Source: Paramoeba atlantica (Eukaryota; Protista; Discosea). From it: 64,000 nt of DNA. The stretch is from NCBI GenBank assembly GCA_977017575.1, contig CDRNVI010000004.1, positions 124,001 through 188,000 on the forward strand. The letters run 5' to 3'. Under the pieces are notes generated by a model, which saw only the letters and a list, made by a program, of their open reading frames with translations, searched no databases and was not told the origin of the DNA. Positions 11,870-23,966 of the stretch are shown in pieces (the stretch's first letter is position 1; every line of letters begins with the position of its first letter). The position numbers were made by a program, and so were the translations under genes.

Positions 11870-11977
11870 TAGTATTACGCGCCGTACATCTTTAGATACA
11901 GGTTGTAACAGTGAAAGTCACTTTCTTCTCTTGCAACCGACCGCTGCCTCGCGATAAGACGAGGCAGAACCACGCCC

Positions 11978-12290
11978 GGTTTGTGGACCCACTGGCCCCG
12001 TCGTACGTGAAGAAGGAGGCCGCGGAGCCATCCCACACGTTGAGGATGGCTGAGGCCAACAAAAGGCGCTCTCATGAGGAGATGGCATTGGTGAGGGGCA
12101 TGGATTTTCACCCCCTGGTCTTCTCCACGTACGGGAGCCCGGGCCCACAAACCTTGAACTTCCTCAACAAGGTGGCCCGGGCCCACTCTTCGGACAAGAA
12201 CGGGTGTCTCGCCCATTTCTTGATGGCCATCGGGGCGGCGATCCAGAGAGGGAACGCCCAGATTGTGCAGGCGGCGGTACAGGACTGATC
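11978..12290 (+). pseudogene. 3' (RLE) fragment of a CRE-like element
   Basis: VDPLAPSYV...EANKRRSH...FHPLVFSTYGSPG...AIQRGNAQIV closely parallels the C-terminus of the 6113 element (NPLAPSYV...AVQKGNAAIL). Confidence 0.8.
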
Positions 12291-12549
12291 CCGCCGCGGG
12301 GTTAGGGGACAGGAGAGGGCGGGGGAGGGGTGTAGGCTTCCGGTGGGCCTAGGGGGTGCACACCAAAAAAAAATGGTTTAGTTTTATTCATCTTTTAATA
12401 TCAAAGATACCGTTTCTGTAAACATATGGTTTTTTCCTGAGTGTAAATTTCAGTCCACGTTCTGTCATGGTAATTGGGTAATAGAAAAGTGGTAATTACC
12501 ACCTATTACCACGCATGTGGTAATTACCACCTATTACCGTCAAGGGTAT

Positions 12550-12819
12550 GTCCAGTGGTCCTCAAGGGAGGACATGGCGCATAGCTCCCGGGAAGAGATA
12601 GGCCCGAGAAGAAGAAAGCCGGGGAGGGAAGAAAACTCACTCAAGGAGTGAGCCGGGGAGGAGTGAAAAGTCGGAAGTACGTCCCCTACTTCCACGACAA
12701 ACAGGGACAGTCCCTGCTAGCCGTCAGCCGGAAACGGGCTTTTAAAGGGAAAATGTATGCCCGTTTCCGGGAAAAGAAAGGAAGGGCTAGCAAAATGTAC
12801 CAACAAGGTACAGAAACTG
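12550..12819 (-). ncRNA. Second SL RNA gene-like unit (3' half of exon + GT donor + hairpin + conserved downstream region)
   Basis: Minus strand CAGTTTCTGTACCTTGTTG|GTACATTTT; ~270 bp homologous to 4704-4980; 12-bp stem at 12728-12739/12759-12770. Confidence 0.55.
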
Positions 12820-14122
12820 AGGGTGTTGCTAATCCCTGGACAGTATGCTGCCCAGGGACACAGCAACTCCCCATTATCTCGGCGTAGTAAACACGCCTTG
12901 GCTTGCCTGGCACTGTAATCGCCGAGAGAAAAAAAAATGTTTCTCCCGAGTCATTTCACAGCCCAGAATGCTTCCCACTTAAGGGGCCCGTTTCCGTATC
13001 CGAGTGATCTCCCCGGCAACACGTCTTTCGACGTGCGTCAAGAAGGCTGGGATACGGAACCAGGGTGTGCAAGTACGTGCTGTACCCGCACGTTTGATAA
13101 GCTCTTTTTTACAGATTTTTTTTTAGCACTGATCACAAAGATCACAAAGGCCACAAACGGTGGGTCACAAAGATCCCAAACACGAGATAACAAATAATGG
13201 GTCATTAAGATTTCAAGTGAACCGATCACAAAGATAACAAACAAACAAACAAACAAACACACCAATCAGGTAATATACACATCCGATTACAAAGATCCCG
13301 TGCAATGAATCATAAGGACTTCATAGATACCAAACAAACGATCAGAAATATCCTAAGTAAGGGGTCGAAAAGATCACAAAAAAAAAAAAAAGATCACAAA
13401 GATCCCCATACAACCAATCCTCAACAACCGATCAAAAAACTCCTGAACAATGGGTCACAAAAACCCCAAATAACGTATATCAAAGATCCCAAACAACGGG
13501 TCACAAAGATCCCCAAATAACCGATTAAAACACAAAGATTTCGAATAACGGATCACAAACGTCACAAACAATCTGTCATAAGGCTGCGAACACCATAAAG
13601 ATCTAAAATCCTGCATCTTAAAGCAAACTTCTAATATTTGCCTTGTGTTTTTTTTCTTTTTCTATCAACGCGCCCCACGTAATGCATTCAATAATGCGGC
13701 GTTGGCAATATATTTACAACCTACAACTTACTCGCTTACTCGTCTCCCATAGCGGGATGTAATTTACCAAACCTTTTTTTTTCTTTTTTTTGCAGAAGCG
13801 ACCAGGGCGAGATCTTGTTTCCCCTCACGGGACTTTGCATCTTCTCGGGGAGGCCCCCCACACAAATTCTTTCAAGCAGATCCAAATCATTCGTGCGTAC
13901 TTCGCACCGGATCTTCCGACTTCTGTTCAGCCTGCTCCTTCTCGTGCCACGAGAGACGCGAGAGCTGGGCATTTGCCTAGAGCGGCATGATCACGTTTTT
14001 TTATTTTATTTTTCTCTCGGCGATTACAGTCCAGGCAAGCCAAGGCGTGTTTACTACGCCGAGATAATGGGGAGTTGCTGTGTCCCTGGGCAGCATACTG
14101 TCCAGGGATTAGCAACACCCTC
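12820..14122. mobile_element. Non-coding element with ~115-bp terminal inverted repeats and internal degenerate GATCACAAAGAT repeats
   Basis: AGGGTGTTGCTAATCCCTGGACAG...ATCGCCGAGAGAAAAA at 12820-12935 is inverted at ~14008-14122; no TSD seen. Confidence 0.8.
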
Positions 14123-14702
14123 ATTATCACAGACTTCATAAGCACCTTGGAACCGGGACCAAGCCCAGTACGCCCGGCAAGCCATGGCACCGAATAGCTC
14201 TTCTTTTTTCTCCTTCTTTCTTCTTCTTATCCATCAAAAGTGGGACGATATGCTTGCTCACATCGTTCGAAGATCAGTTTCGGACGTCATATCCCGAGTC
14301 ACCTACCGTTCGTAAAGCACACTAACATCCCACTAAACAATCGTAGCAAATGTTTCACAAAGACCACCGCTACTAAAAGCTCTAAACTGCGGTACGTTTG
14401 ACGGCGCGCTGAATCAAACAGCGAGGCGATCACATTTTGAAAAGTAGACTTCCTTATTTCTATGCCCTCTTTTCTTCACGTTTTCAAAAGTAACAATTCG
14501 AAACAGAAGCTTCTTTTTTCTCTCTCTGACAATCGTAGGAAATGTTCACACATTTCCAGAGCACCTCCATCCTACAAACATCAGTCAAGCTATGGATGGT
14601 GCCACCAATCACCTCAAAAAGGACTTGAAACAATACATTAAAAACAACATCAAATCGGATCTGAATCTCCGATACTCCGGTCGAAGTCTCCTCATCGCGC
14701 AA

Positions 14703-17700
14703 AACAAGTCCAAAGGACCTCACTACACCAATTGTAGTGGAAATGGAGCCATAAAAGGCCTCGGACCATAAAATCCGGAACACGAAACAAGTCCAAAGGA
14801 CCCCACTACACCAATTGTAGTGGAAATGGAGCCATAAAAGGCCTCGGATCATAAAATCCGGAACGCGAAACAAGTCCAAAGGACCTCACTACACCAATTG
14901 TAGTGGAAATGGAGCCATAAAAGGCCTCGGATCATAAAATCCGGGACACATAACAAGTCCAAAGGACCCCACTACACCAATTGTAGTAGAAATGGAGCCA
15001 TAAAAGGCCTCGGACCATAAAATCCGGGACACATAACAAGTCCAAAGGACCCCACTACACCAATTGTAGTGGAAATGGAGCCATAAAAGGCCTCGGATCA
15101 TAAAATCCGGGACACATAACAAGTCCAAAGGACCCCACTACACCAATTGTAGTGGAAATGGAGCCATAAAAGGCCTCGGACCATAAAATCCGGAACGCGA
15201 AACAAGTCCAAAGGACCTCACTACACCAATTGTAGTGGAAATGGAGCCATAAAAGGCCTCGGATCATAAAATCCGGAACGCGAAACAAGTCCAAAGGACC
15301 TCACTACACCAATTGTAGTGGAAATGGAGCCATAAAAGGCCTCGGCTCATAAAATCCGGGACACATAACAAGTCCAAAGGACCCCACTACACCAATTGTA
15401 GTAGAAATGGAGCCATAAAAGGCCTCGGACCATAAAATCCGGAACGCGAAACAAGTCCAAAGGACCCCACTACACCAATTGTAGTGGAAATGGAGCCATA
15501 AAAGGCCTCGGACCATAAAATCCGGAACGCGAAACAAGTCCAAAGGACCCCACTACACCAATTGTAGTGGAAATGGAGCCATAAAAGGCCTCGGACCATA
15601 AAATCCGGAACACGAAACAAGTCCAAAGGACCCCACTACACCAATTGTAGTGGAAATGGAGCCATAAAAGGCCTCGGACCATAAAATCCGAAACGCGAAA
15701 CAAGTCCAAAGGACCTCACTACACCAATTGTAGTGGAAATGGAGCCATAAAAGGCCTCGGATCATAAAATCCGGGACACATAACAAGTCCAAAGGACCCC
15801 ACTACACCAATTGTAGTAGAAATGGAGCCATAAAAGGCCTCGGATCATAAAATCCGGGACACATAACAAGTCCAAAGGACCCCACTACACCAATTGTAGT
15901 GGAAATGGAGCCATAAAAGGCCTCGGATCATAAAATCCGGGACACATAACAAGTCCAAAGGACCCCACTACACCAATTGTAGTGGAAATGGAGCCATAAA
16001 AGGCCTCGGACCATAAAATCCGGAACGCGAAACAAGTCCAAAGGACCTCACTACACCAATTGTAGTGGAAATGGAGCCATAAAAGGCCTCGGATCATAAA
16101 ATCCGGAACGCGAAACAAGTCCAAAGGACCTCACTACACCAATTGTAGTGGAAATGGAGCCATAAAAGGCCTCGGCTCATAAAATCCGGGACACATAACA
16201 AGTCCAAAGGACCCCACTACACCAATTGTAGTAGAAATGGAGCCATAAAAGGCCTCGGACCATAAAATCCGGAACGCGAAACAAGTCCAAAGGACCCCAC
16301 TACACCAATTGTAGTGGAAATGGAGCCATAAAAGGCCTCGGACCATAAAATCCGGAACGCGAAACAAGTCCAAAGGACCCCACTACACCAATTGTAGTGG
16401 AAATGGAGCCATAAAAGGCCTCGGACCATAAAATCCGGAACACGAAACAAGTCCAAAGGACCCCACTACACCAATTGTAGTGGAAATGGAGCCATAAAAG
16501 GCCTCGGACCATAAAATTCGAAACGCGAAACAAGTCCAAAGGACCCCACTACACCAATTGTAGTGGAAATGGAGCCATAAAAGGCCTCGGATCATAAAAT
16601 CCGGGACACATAACAAGTCCAAAGGACCCCACTACACCAATTGTAGTGGAAATGGAGCCATAAAAGGCCTCGGATCATAAAATCCGGGACACATAACAAG
16701 TCCAAAGGACCCCACTACACCAATTGTAGTAGAAATGGAGCCATAAAAGGCCTCGGACCATAAAATCCGGAACGCGAAACAAGTCCAAAGGACCCCACTA
16801 CACCAATTGTAGTGGAAATGGAGCCATAAAAGGCCTCGGACCATAAAATCCGGAACGCGAAACAAGTCCAAAGGACCCCACTACACCAATTGTAGTGGAA
16901 ATGGAGCCATAAAAGGCCTCGGACCATAAAATCCGGAACGCGAAACAAGTCCAAAGGACCCCACTACACCAATTGTAGTGGAAATGGAGCCATAAAAGGC
17001 CTCGGACCATAAAATCCGGAACGCGAAACAAGTCCAAAGGACCCCACTACACCAATTGTAGTGGAAATGGAGCCATAAAAGGCCTCGGACCATAAAATCC
17101 GGAACACGAAACAAGTCCAAAGGACCCCACTACACCAATTGTAGTGGAAATGGAGCCATAAAAGGCCTCGGACCATAAAATCCGAAACGCGAAACAAGTC
17201 CAAAGGACCCCACTACACCAATTGTAGTGGAAATGGAGCCATAAAAGGCCTCGGATCATAAAATCCGGGACACATAACAAGTCCAAAGGACCCCACTACA
17301 CCAATTGTAGTGGAAATGGAGCCATAAAAGGCCTCGGATCATAAAATCCGGGACACATAACAAGTCCAAAGGACCCCACTACACCAATTGTAGTAGAAAT
17401 GGAGCCATAAAAGGCCTCGGACCATAAAATCCGGAACGCGAAACAAGTCCAAAGGACCCCACTACACCAATTGTAGTGGAAATGGAGCCATAAAAGGCCT
17501 CGGACCATAAAATCCGGAACGCGAAACAAGTCCAAAGGACCCCACTACACCAATTGTAGTGGAAATGGAGCCATAAAAGGCCTCGGACCATAAAATCCGG
17601 AACACGAAACAAGTCCAAAGGACCCCACTACACCAATTGTAGTGGAAATGGAGCCATAAAAGGCCTCGGACCATAAAATCCGAAACGCGAAACAAGTCCA

Positions 17701-18545
17701 AAGGACCCCACTACACCAATTGTAGTGGAAATGGAGCCATAAAAGGCCTCGGATCATAAAATCCGGAACGCGAAACAAGTCCAAAGGACCCCACTACACC
17801 AATTGTAGTGGAAATGGAGCCATAAAAGGCCTCGGATCATAAAATCCGAGACACATAACAAGTCCAAAGGACCCCACTACACCAATTGTAGTAGAAATGG
17901 AGCCATAAAAGGCCTCGGACCATAAAATCCGGAACGCGAAACAAGTCCAAAGGACCCCACTACACCAATTGTAGTGGAAATGGAGCCATAAAAGGCCTCG
18001 GATCATAAAATCCGGAACGCGAAACAAGTCCAAAGGACCTCACTACACCAATTGTAGTGGAAATGGAGCCATAAAAGGCCTCGGATCATAAAATCCGGGA
18101 CACATAACAAGTCCAAAGGACCCCACTACACCAATTGTAGTAGAAATGGAGCCATAAAAGGCCTCGGACCATAAAATCCGGAACGCGAAACAAATCCAAA
18201 GGACCCCACTACACCAATTGTAGTGGAAATGGAGCCATAAAAGGCCTCGGACCATAAAATCCGGAACGCGAAACAAGTCCAAAGGACCTCACTACACCAA
18301 TTGTAGTGGAAATGGAGCCATAAAAGGCCTCGGACCATAAAATCCGGAACACTAAACAAGTCCAAAGGACCTCACTACACCAATTGTAGTGGAAATGGAG
18401 CCACAAAAGGCCTCGGATCATAAAATCCGGAACACTAAACAAGTCCAAAGGACCTCTCACTACAACAAGTGTAGTGGAAACAGTGCCATAAGGGGCCTCG
18501 GATCACAAAATCCGGAACGCGAAGCAGGTCCCAAGGACCTCACCA
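14703..18545. repeat. 83-bp tandem satellite, ~46 copies, degenerate at the right end
   Basis: Unit AAGTCCAAAGGACCYCACTACACCAATTGTAGTRGAAATGGAGCCATAAAAGGCCTCGGAYCATAAAATCCG + variable 11 nt; the 79-aa minus-strand ORFs are artefacts of the repeat. Confidence 0.97.
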
Positions 18546-18992
18546 CACGACGGAACGGTTCACCGAGGAACGGCCTTTATACCAGGACCAAACCCAGTGA
18601 CAGGCATGCCCATTGGCACCGCAGATCAACTTCCTCCTCCCCTTCTTGTCATCATTCTAGGTTTTGAAGCGTAAAACAAAACTAAAAAGGGGTGTGAAAT
18701 GTGTTGAGCATCTTTTATTAGATACGCACACAGATGCGTAGCCGTAAAGGCATTGCATTAGAAATCCGCGAAAAAAAAAGCAGTGCAAAACTGACCCGCC
18801 TACGCGAGTCGTATAAGGTGCGTCACACAGACAATTTCATTTTTTCTATCCACTTCTTTTTCTTTACTTCCAGTACACTGGAAAACAACACAAACAGCAG
18901 TGGTACTGTGTGATGATCAGCAATCTTTGCTTACAATAATCATTAAATTTACGACTACAAGAAATCTACCCTTAATGATGATTCGAAGTGAT

Positions 18993-19574
18993 GTGCCAAC
19001 CGTCAGTCCCGAAGGACCTCGAGGCAAAGTATAACCACCAACCGTCAGTTCCGAAGAACTTCGAGGTGAAGTGCCAACCGTCAGTCCCGAAGGACCTCGA
19101 GGCAAAGTAAAACCACCAACCGTCAGTTCCGAAGAACCTCGAGGTGAAGTGCCACCCGTCAGTCCCGAAGGACCTCGAGGCAAAGTGTAACCACCAACCG
19201 CCAGTTCCGAAGAACCTCGAGGTGATGTGCCAACCGTCAGTCCCGAAGGACCTCGAGGCAAAGTATAACCACCAACCGTCAGTTCCGAAGAACTTCGAGG
19301 TGAAGTGCCAACCGTCAGTCCCGAAGGACCTCGAGGCAAAGTAAAACCACCAACCGTCAGTTCCGAAGAACCTCGAGGTGAAGTGCCAACCGTCAGTCCC
19401 GAAGGACCTCGAGGCAAAGTGTAACCACCAACCGCCAGTTCCGAAGAACCTCGAGGTGAAGTGCCAACCGTCAGTCCCGAAGGACCTCGAGGCAAAGTAA
19501 AACCACCAACCGTCAGTTCCGAAGAACCTCGAGGTGAAGTGCCAACCGTCAGTCCCGAAGGACCTCGAGGCAAA
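18993..19574. repeat. 78-bp minisatellite (two related subunits), ~7.5 copies, followed by (TAA)n
   Basis: GTGCCAACCGTCAGTCCCGAAGGACCTCGAGGCAAAGT.TAACCACCAACCGTCAGTTCCGAAGAACCTCGAGGTGAA; period 18993->19071. Confidence 0.95.
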
Positions 19575-19869
19575 ATGTAATAATAATAATAATAATCGTC
19601 GACCGTGAGTCACAAAGGTCCTCGGGGTAGTGCATTTTGGCGCGGAACGGTACGTTTTCCCCGATCAGGGCTAAAACGAACCGGAATAAAATCACGAATG
19701 TGGTGCCAGGCTCGGTCCCACATGGAATGTCAACATGTAAATAAAATATGTATATCCTATCTTTGGATCGGAACCAATGATTATATAGTGTGTATGTTCA
19801 AGAAACCTGTATGTTCAACAAACGAAGAGATGAATAGATATTAAAAAATCGTACTTTATCGTACAATGA

Positions 19870-19973
19870 CATTCTTCACCCTCACACTTGGTCTTGTTAA
19901 GAAGACGACGCCGGGCTTGGGACCGGTGACAAGCGTGTTTATGAAGTCTGTGATAATGTATCTTTATTTAACA
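19870..19973. repeat. Dispersed repeat X, copy 3 (inverted)
   Basis: GACGACGCCGGGCTTGGGACCGGTGACAAGCGTGTTTATGAAGTCTGTGATAATGTATCTTTAT. Confidence 0.75.
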
Positions 19974-19975
19974 TA

Positions 19976-20326
19976 CAGTGCGCCCAGTTAGTAAAGTCCC
20001 AAAAAACGGTTTTCACAAATAGTAAAGTTTTTTTTTTGTAGTTACCTTTTTTTAGAGTTTTTCTCTTTTTCGAGGATTCTTGTCTAAAAGAAATTGATTT
20101 CATTTCATCTAAAAAAAATTCGCATACAACTTGCATTGGAAAGCGGTGTCTAAGACTCCAGCCCAGCTGTTTTTTGATTGTGCGTTTTCTTTTTTTCTCT
20201 GTGCTTCAACGACAATTGATTGCCCGGTTGGTAAAGTCTCAAAAAACGGTTTTAGTAAAGTTTTTTTTAGTAGTTACCCAAAATCGGTGGTAACTACTAA
20301 AAAAGCTTTACTATCTGGGCGCACTG
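19976..20326. mobile_element. 351-bp MITE with TA TSD
   Basis: TA|CAGTGCGCCCAGTTAGTAAAG ... CTTTACTATCTGGGCGCACTG|TA; a related right end is at ~31290-31350. Confidence 0.8.
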
Positions 20327-21351
20327 TACCTATACCTTGATAACATAACTATCCCTTGATAAGATACCGGGGGGTATGTTAAACGGGTGCGTGGTTTACA
20401 ACAGCAAGTCTAAAAGAATTTCATAATAGGACGCTTCATGCGTAACATTCACCAATAAAAAGCCCATAATAAGATGCGCAATGTACAATCACGTATATCG
20501 TCTAATCATACATATTGCGTGTATGTCAATAATAAATCATCCTGTATTGACGTTCGGTACAACTCTATTCTTACTAATGCCAATGGGAAGGGAATCCGGG
20601 CTCAGGAATCGTGTCCACGAGCCTTACTTTGAATCCACGAAAGTTGTGCGTAGGAGTTCCCACCCCTCTATTACTATTTGAAAGTTGCACCCAAGATGGG
20701 CGAGCATGCTGTGCTGCAAATATTATGCCATTCTTGCGGGATATTTCCAGAGCTCGTAGCGCGTTCTCTCTCATGAATCGTTCCCTGACCTTTCCTCGTG
20801 GCAGGTGTTTTGACCGGTACCGGATGGGAACCATTCGCATGTAGCGACCCATTTTTTTATACTTGACAAAGTAAAGGACTCTATACTTTAATGTCGAAAT
20901 CGTTGATACACTTATAGGAGAAATCAACTAATTCTGCAGTGGTAAATATCATTACATTTCACGAACTTTCAGTAAATAAAAGAGACGCTACTCGATAAAA
21001 TCAAGTACTTTTACTGAAATATACAGTATATATGAACAACTTAACCAGGTGTAAAGGGGCACATGAGGGCACATGAGGAGCCCCTCGCATGTAGAAATGA
21101 GGGGCTGCGGGTGGGTGTGTACCGAAACCGCACCGAAACCGCGGTTTGCAAATCAAGAAGAGGCCCCACTTAGGACTAGTACAACGGAATTTTTGACTTA
21201 TAGGGATGAAAGTTTGGAGGCGGGCATTGTACGTTCATATTTATTAACTAGTTTCTATATTGGCGCAAAACATCATAGACTTACTGTAACTACTTTATAT
21301 TAAGTACCTATACAATAGAGTGAACTACATTATTTAATTCTCCTTTTCCCA

Positions 21352-22005
21352 ATGGTGGAGTCCACTGATGAACTTACTGCTCGCATGAAAATGACGGAAT
21401 GTGGTGAAGACTCATTCTACGACATTCTGGTGGCAAGTGTGGTTCGCACATTCACGAAGCGAACGAATCCCTTTCACCCGCCTACACTTGTGATCTCCCA
21501 CGAAGATCTCGCCGAAAAAGTTAATGAGATCATGGTGCGAGTCTCACAAACAAAGGACAACTTCCTACACGTCACTCGCTTTGTGTGTGGTGTGCAACTC
21601 ACCGTTCCACTAGTCGAAAGAGCCATCATTCACTTGGTGGATCGTCGTGGCCATCTTCTCTTGGACACACTACCGAAAGGAGTGTATTTCATTGGAGAGG
21701 ACCTTGAAATATTCCTAGAACAAGATCCGATGTACGCGCCGCGTCGCTCCGGGGATGTCGGCGACTTCGTTGAAAGTGTATGGCGCTCCGTCTCTGGAAG
21801 ACGATCTCAATTTTGTCAGTCTTGGCGCAAGCGACAACGGGCACAAAAAGTAAGTAGTTCTCCAGTTTTGCAAGAAGAAACAGGCGCAAACACTGAACCT
21901 TCGTTGGACGCACCGCGGCCCCCTATTTCATCATCTAATACGACGTACTCAATTGCTACGCCGAAGTTAACGGCCAACAGAAAAGTTCATTTTCCGTCAC
22001 TCTGA
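21352..22005 (+). CDS. Hypothetical protein (217 aa), possibly the accessory ORF of the downstream transposase
   Basis: Clean ATG-initiated ORF with globular-looking composition, 250 bp upstream of and co-oriented with the transposase; no family recognised. Confidence 0.45.
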   Translation: MVESTDELTARMKMTECGEDSFYDILVASVVRTFTKRTNPFHPPTLVISHEDLAEKVNEIMVRVSQTKDNFLHVTRFVCGVQLTVPLVERAIIHLVDRRGHLLLDTLPKGVYFIGEDLEIFLEQDPMYAPRRSGDVGDFVESVWRSVSGRRSQFCQSWRKRQRAQKVSSSPVLQEETGANTEPSLDAPRPPISSSNTTYSIATPKLTANRKVHFPSL

Positions 22006-22255
22006 GTAACAGGAAACACTGCGCGAAGGATAGTAAGAAGAAGTATCGAAGATTAAGAGGAATACGAACAGCGATAACAATCATATTCTTTGAAGTCGTT
22101 TTGTATGTAATTCTTGAAGTATGTCACATGAAGTATTGTTATGTCAATAACGCTATTTTTTATGTCAATCAATCATACAGGGATCTTAACTGTTAGCGCT
22201 TAAAATGACCACAAGTACAGTATACTAAGAATAAATCGAAAAGTTAATATCGAAA

Positions 22256-23350
22256 ATGTATGGGATCACAAGGGATCAAGTTAGGGAGTTTTTCGAAGAG
22301 CTGAAAAGGGCTAATCCAAATAAAGTGACAGATGTAGATTTTCGTCGCCTGCAGTCATCCATGTGTATGTGCGCTCTGAATTGCGCTTGGCAACAACTTT
22401 GCGAGCTTCAACCCATGTGGATATCACCAGAAAGCCCCCCCGTTTCAATAAGAACCTTGCGGAAGGATTTTCACCGCGTCGCGGATCTTTGTTGCTCTCT
22501 CCACCTAATGAACCCAAAGTTACGTTTCAAACACGGAATTTCTTGGCTAACAGACGTGGCGTGCATGCTTGATGTGACGACCATACCTTGCCGTTCCCGA
22601 ATGCCGCAAAAGAAGTTTGATCCTGTAGAGAACAAAATGAAGACGAAAGATGCTACATACTCTGGAAAGCACCGTGAACATTGCTTCAAGGTAGAGTTTT
22701 GGTTAACGCTTTCTGGGGTACCTTTCTGCTTTCGAGGACCGATCGTTGGTAGCTATCATGACGCGAAGATATACAAGAATACCCTCACGCATGGAACTCC
22801 TTTATTTGACCACCATAACCAGGAACTTTTTCTTGCTGATTTAGGGTATATCGGTTGTGATCACTGTTTTGTTCCATACAAGGCCCCAGTTCGTGGTGTC
22901 CTTACGGACAAGCAACGTCACTTCAATAATGTTCATTCTTGGATACGTTCAATAATCGAACGCTGCTTTGCACACTTTGACAAATTCTGTTTTTTCCATG
23001 GAACAGATCACGACCGCGCATGGCTAAAGTCTGCGCTTAAGATTGTATCCGTGGCTGTTTACGGGTTGCTAGCCGCAGAGCCACAGTATGACTTCGATGG
23101 AGTAATAAATTCTGATTTAAAGGAGATAGATGAGTCTTCATTTTGTTGGTGTTCCAAAGGTTGTGGGATTGTTGATCCAATGCATTCTCGTCGAGAATGG
23201 CTTACAGAGCACATACACCCCTGGGCAGCTTCATTTACCCCCCCCCCTACAGGTCTTGCATTTTGTTCGATTTCGGAAATATTTGGTATGGGACTGTTTT
23301 TCGCTCCGATCGTCTCGAATCCGCGGTCGTTTTCACTCGAGCGACCTTGA
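22256..23350 (+). CDS. PIF/Harbinger/ISL2EU-like (IS5 group, DDE_Tnp_4) transposase; native C-terminus displaced by a MITE
   Basis: LDVTTIP, YSGKHREHCFKV, GSYHDAKI, LADLGY, FN..HS..RS.IERCF catalytic pattern. Confidence 0.85.
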   Translation: MYGITRDQVREFFEELKRANPNKVTDVDFRRLQSSMCMCALNCAWQQLCELQPMWISPESPPVSIRTLRKDFHRVADLCCSLHLMNPKLRFKHGISWLTDVACMLDVTTIPCRSRMPQKKFDPVENKMKTKDATYSGKHREHCFKVEFWLTLSGVPFCFRGPIVGSYHDAKIYKNTLTHGTPLFDHHNQELFLADLGYIGCDHCFVPYKAPVRGVLTDKQRHFNNVHSWIRSIIERCFAHFDKFCFFHGTDHDRAWLKSALKIVSVAVYGLLAAEPQYDFDGVINSDLKEIDESSFCWCSKGCGIVDPMHSRREWLTEHIHPWAASFTPPPTGLAFCSISEIFGMGLFFAPIVSNPRSFSLERP

Positions 23351-23966
23351 TTTGCTCCGAGACTTTAAAATTTTTGTCCAACAAGTCAATTTTTTTTTGC
23401 TCACCCTAGAAAAATCTACTTTTTTTCTGTTTTTTCCTCAATGGTCAAACGGCTTCTTCCCTCCCGAATCAGCGTATTTCACCAGAAAGGCGAACGCTCA
23501 TCATAGCACGCTACAAGGAACTAAAATCCCTACGTGCTGTAGCTAACGAGCTCAAAATCTCCAGGAATTTTTTTTTCTCTCCAGGAATTCGATGTTTTAT
23601 CAGGAGTACATGTCGATAAATTAAGAAATCCATTTAAAGACTTCCGCAAACGACTTAAATTGGTGGTAGAAAAGAAAGGTTCACATTGGTTATTGAATAC
23701 GTATTCAGCGTCTTTTTTGCCTTCTCTAAGCATGATTTACATTTTTAAAAACATAAAAAAATATTTAAAAGCAAGAAAAAAATTCAAAAAAAAAGGTGTA
23801 CCCTCAAAAATTGTCTAGTCATTTTAGTAAAAAATATTATTCCAATCATGAAAAGGACCGCGGATTCGAGACGATCGGAGCGAAAAACAGTCCCATATCA
23901 AATATTTCCGAAATCGAACAAAATGCAAGACCTGTAGGGGGGAGTAAATGAAGCTGCCCAGGGGTG
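23216..23966. mobile_element. 751-bp non-autonomous element with ~120-bp TIRs and TA TSD
   Basis: TA|CACCCCTGGGCAGCTTCATTTAC ... GTAAATGAAGCTGCCCAGGGGTG|TA. Confidence 0.9.

Noticed and set aside
14889-18460. Tandem family of 79-aa proteins in the ORF track
   Set aside because: Artefact of an 83-bp period cycling through frames; the ORFs overlap one another
14703-18545. CRISPR array (palindromic repeat unit)
   Set aside because: There are no unique spacers: units are contiguous near-identical 83-mers, there are no cas genes, and the context is eukaryotic
18993-19574. TAA recoding as in Blastocrithidia
   Set aside because: It is seen only in a minisatellite; long host and TE ORFs lack internal TAA/TAG and end at them normally
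20574-20927. 117-aa basic ORF as part of the Harbinger-like element
   Set aside because: No recognisable domain, and the element's termini could not be located
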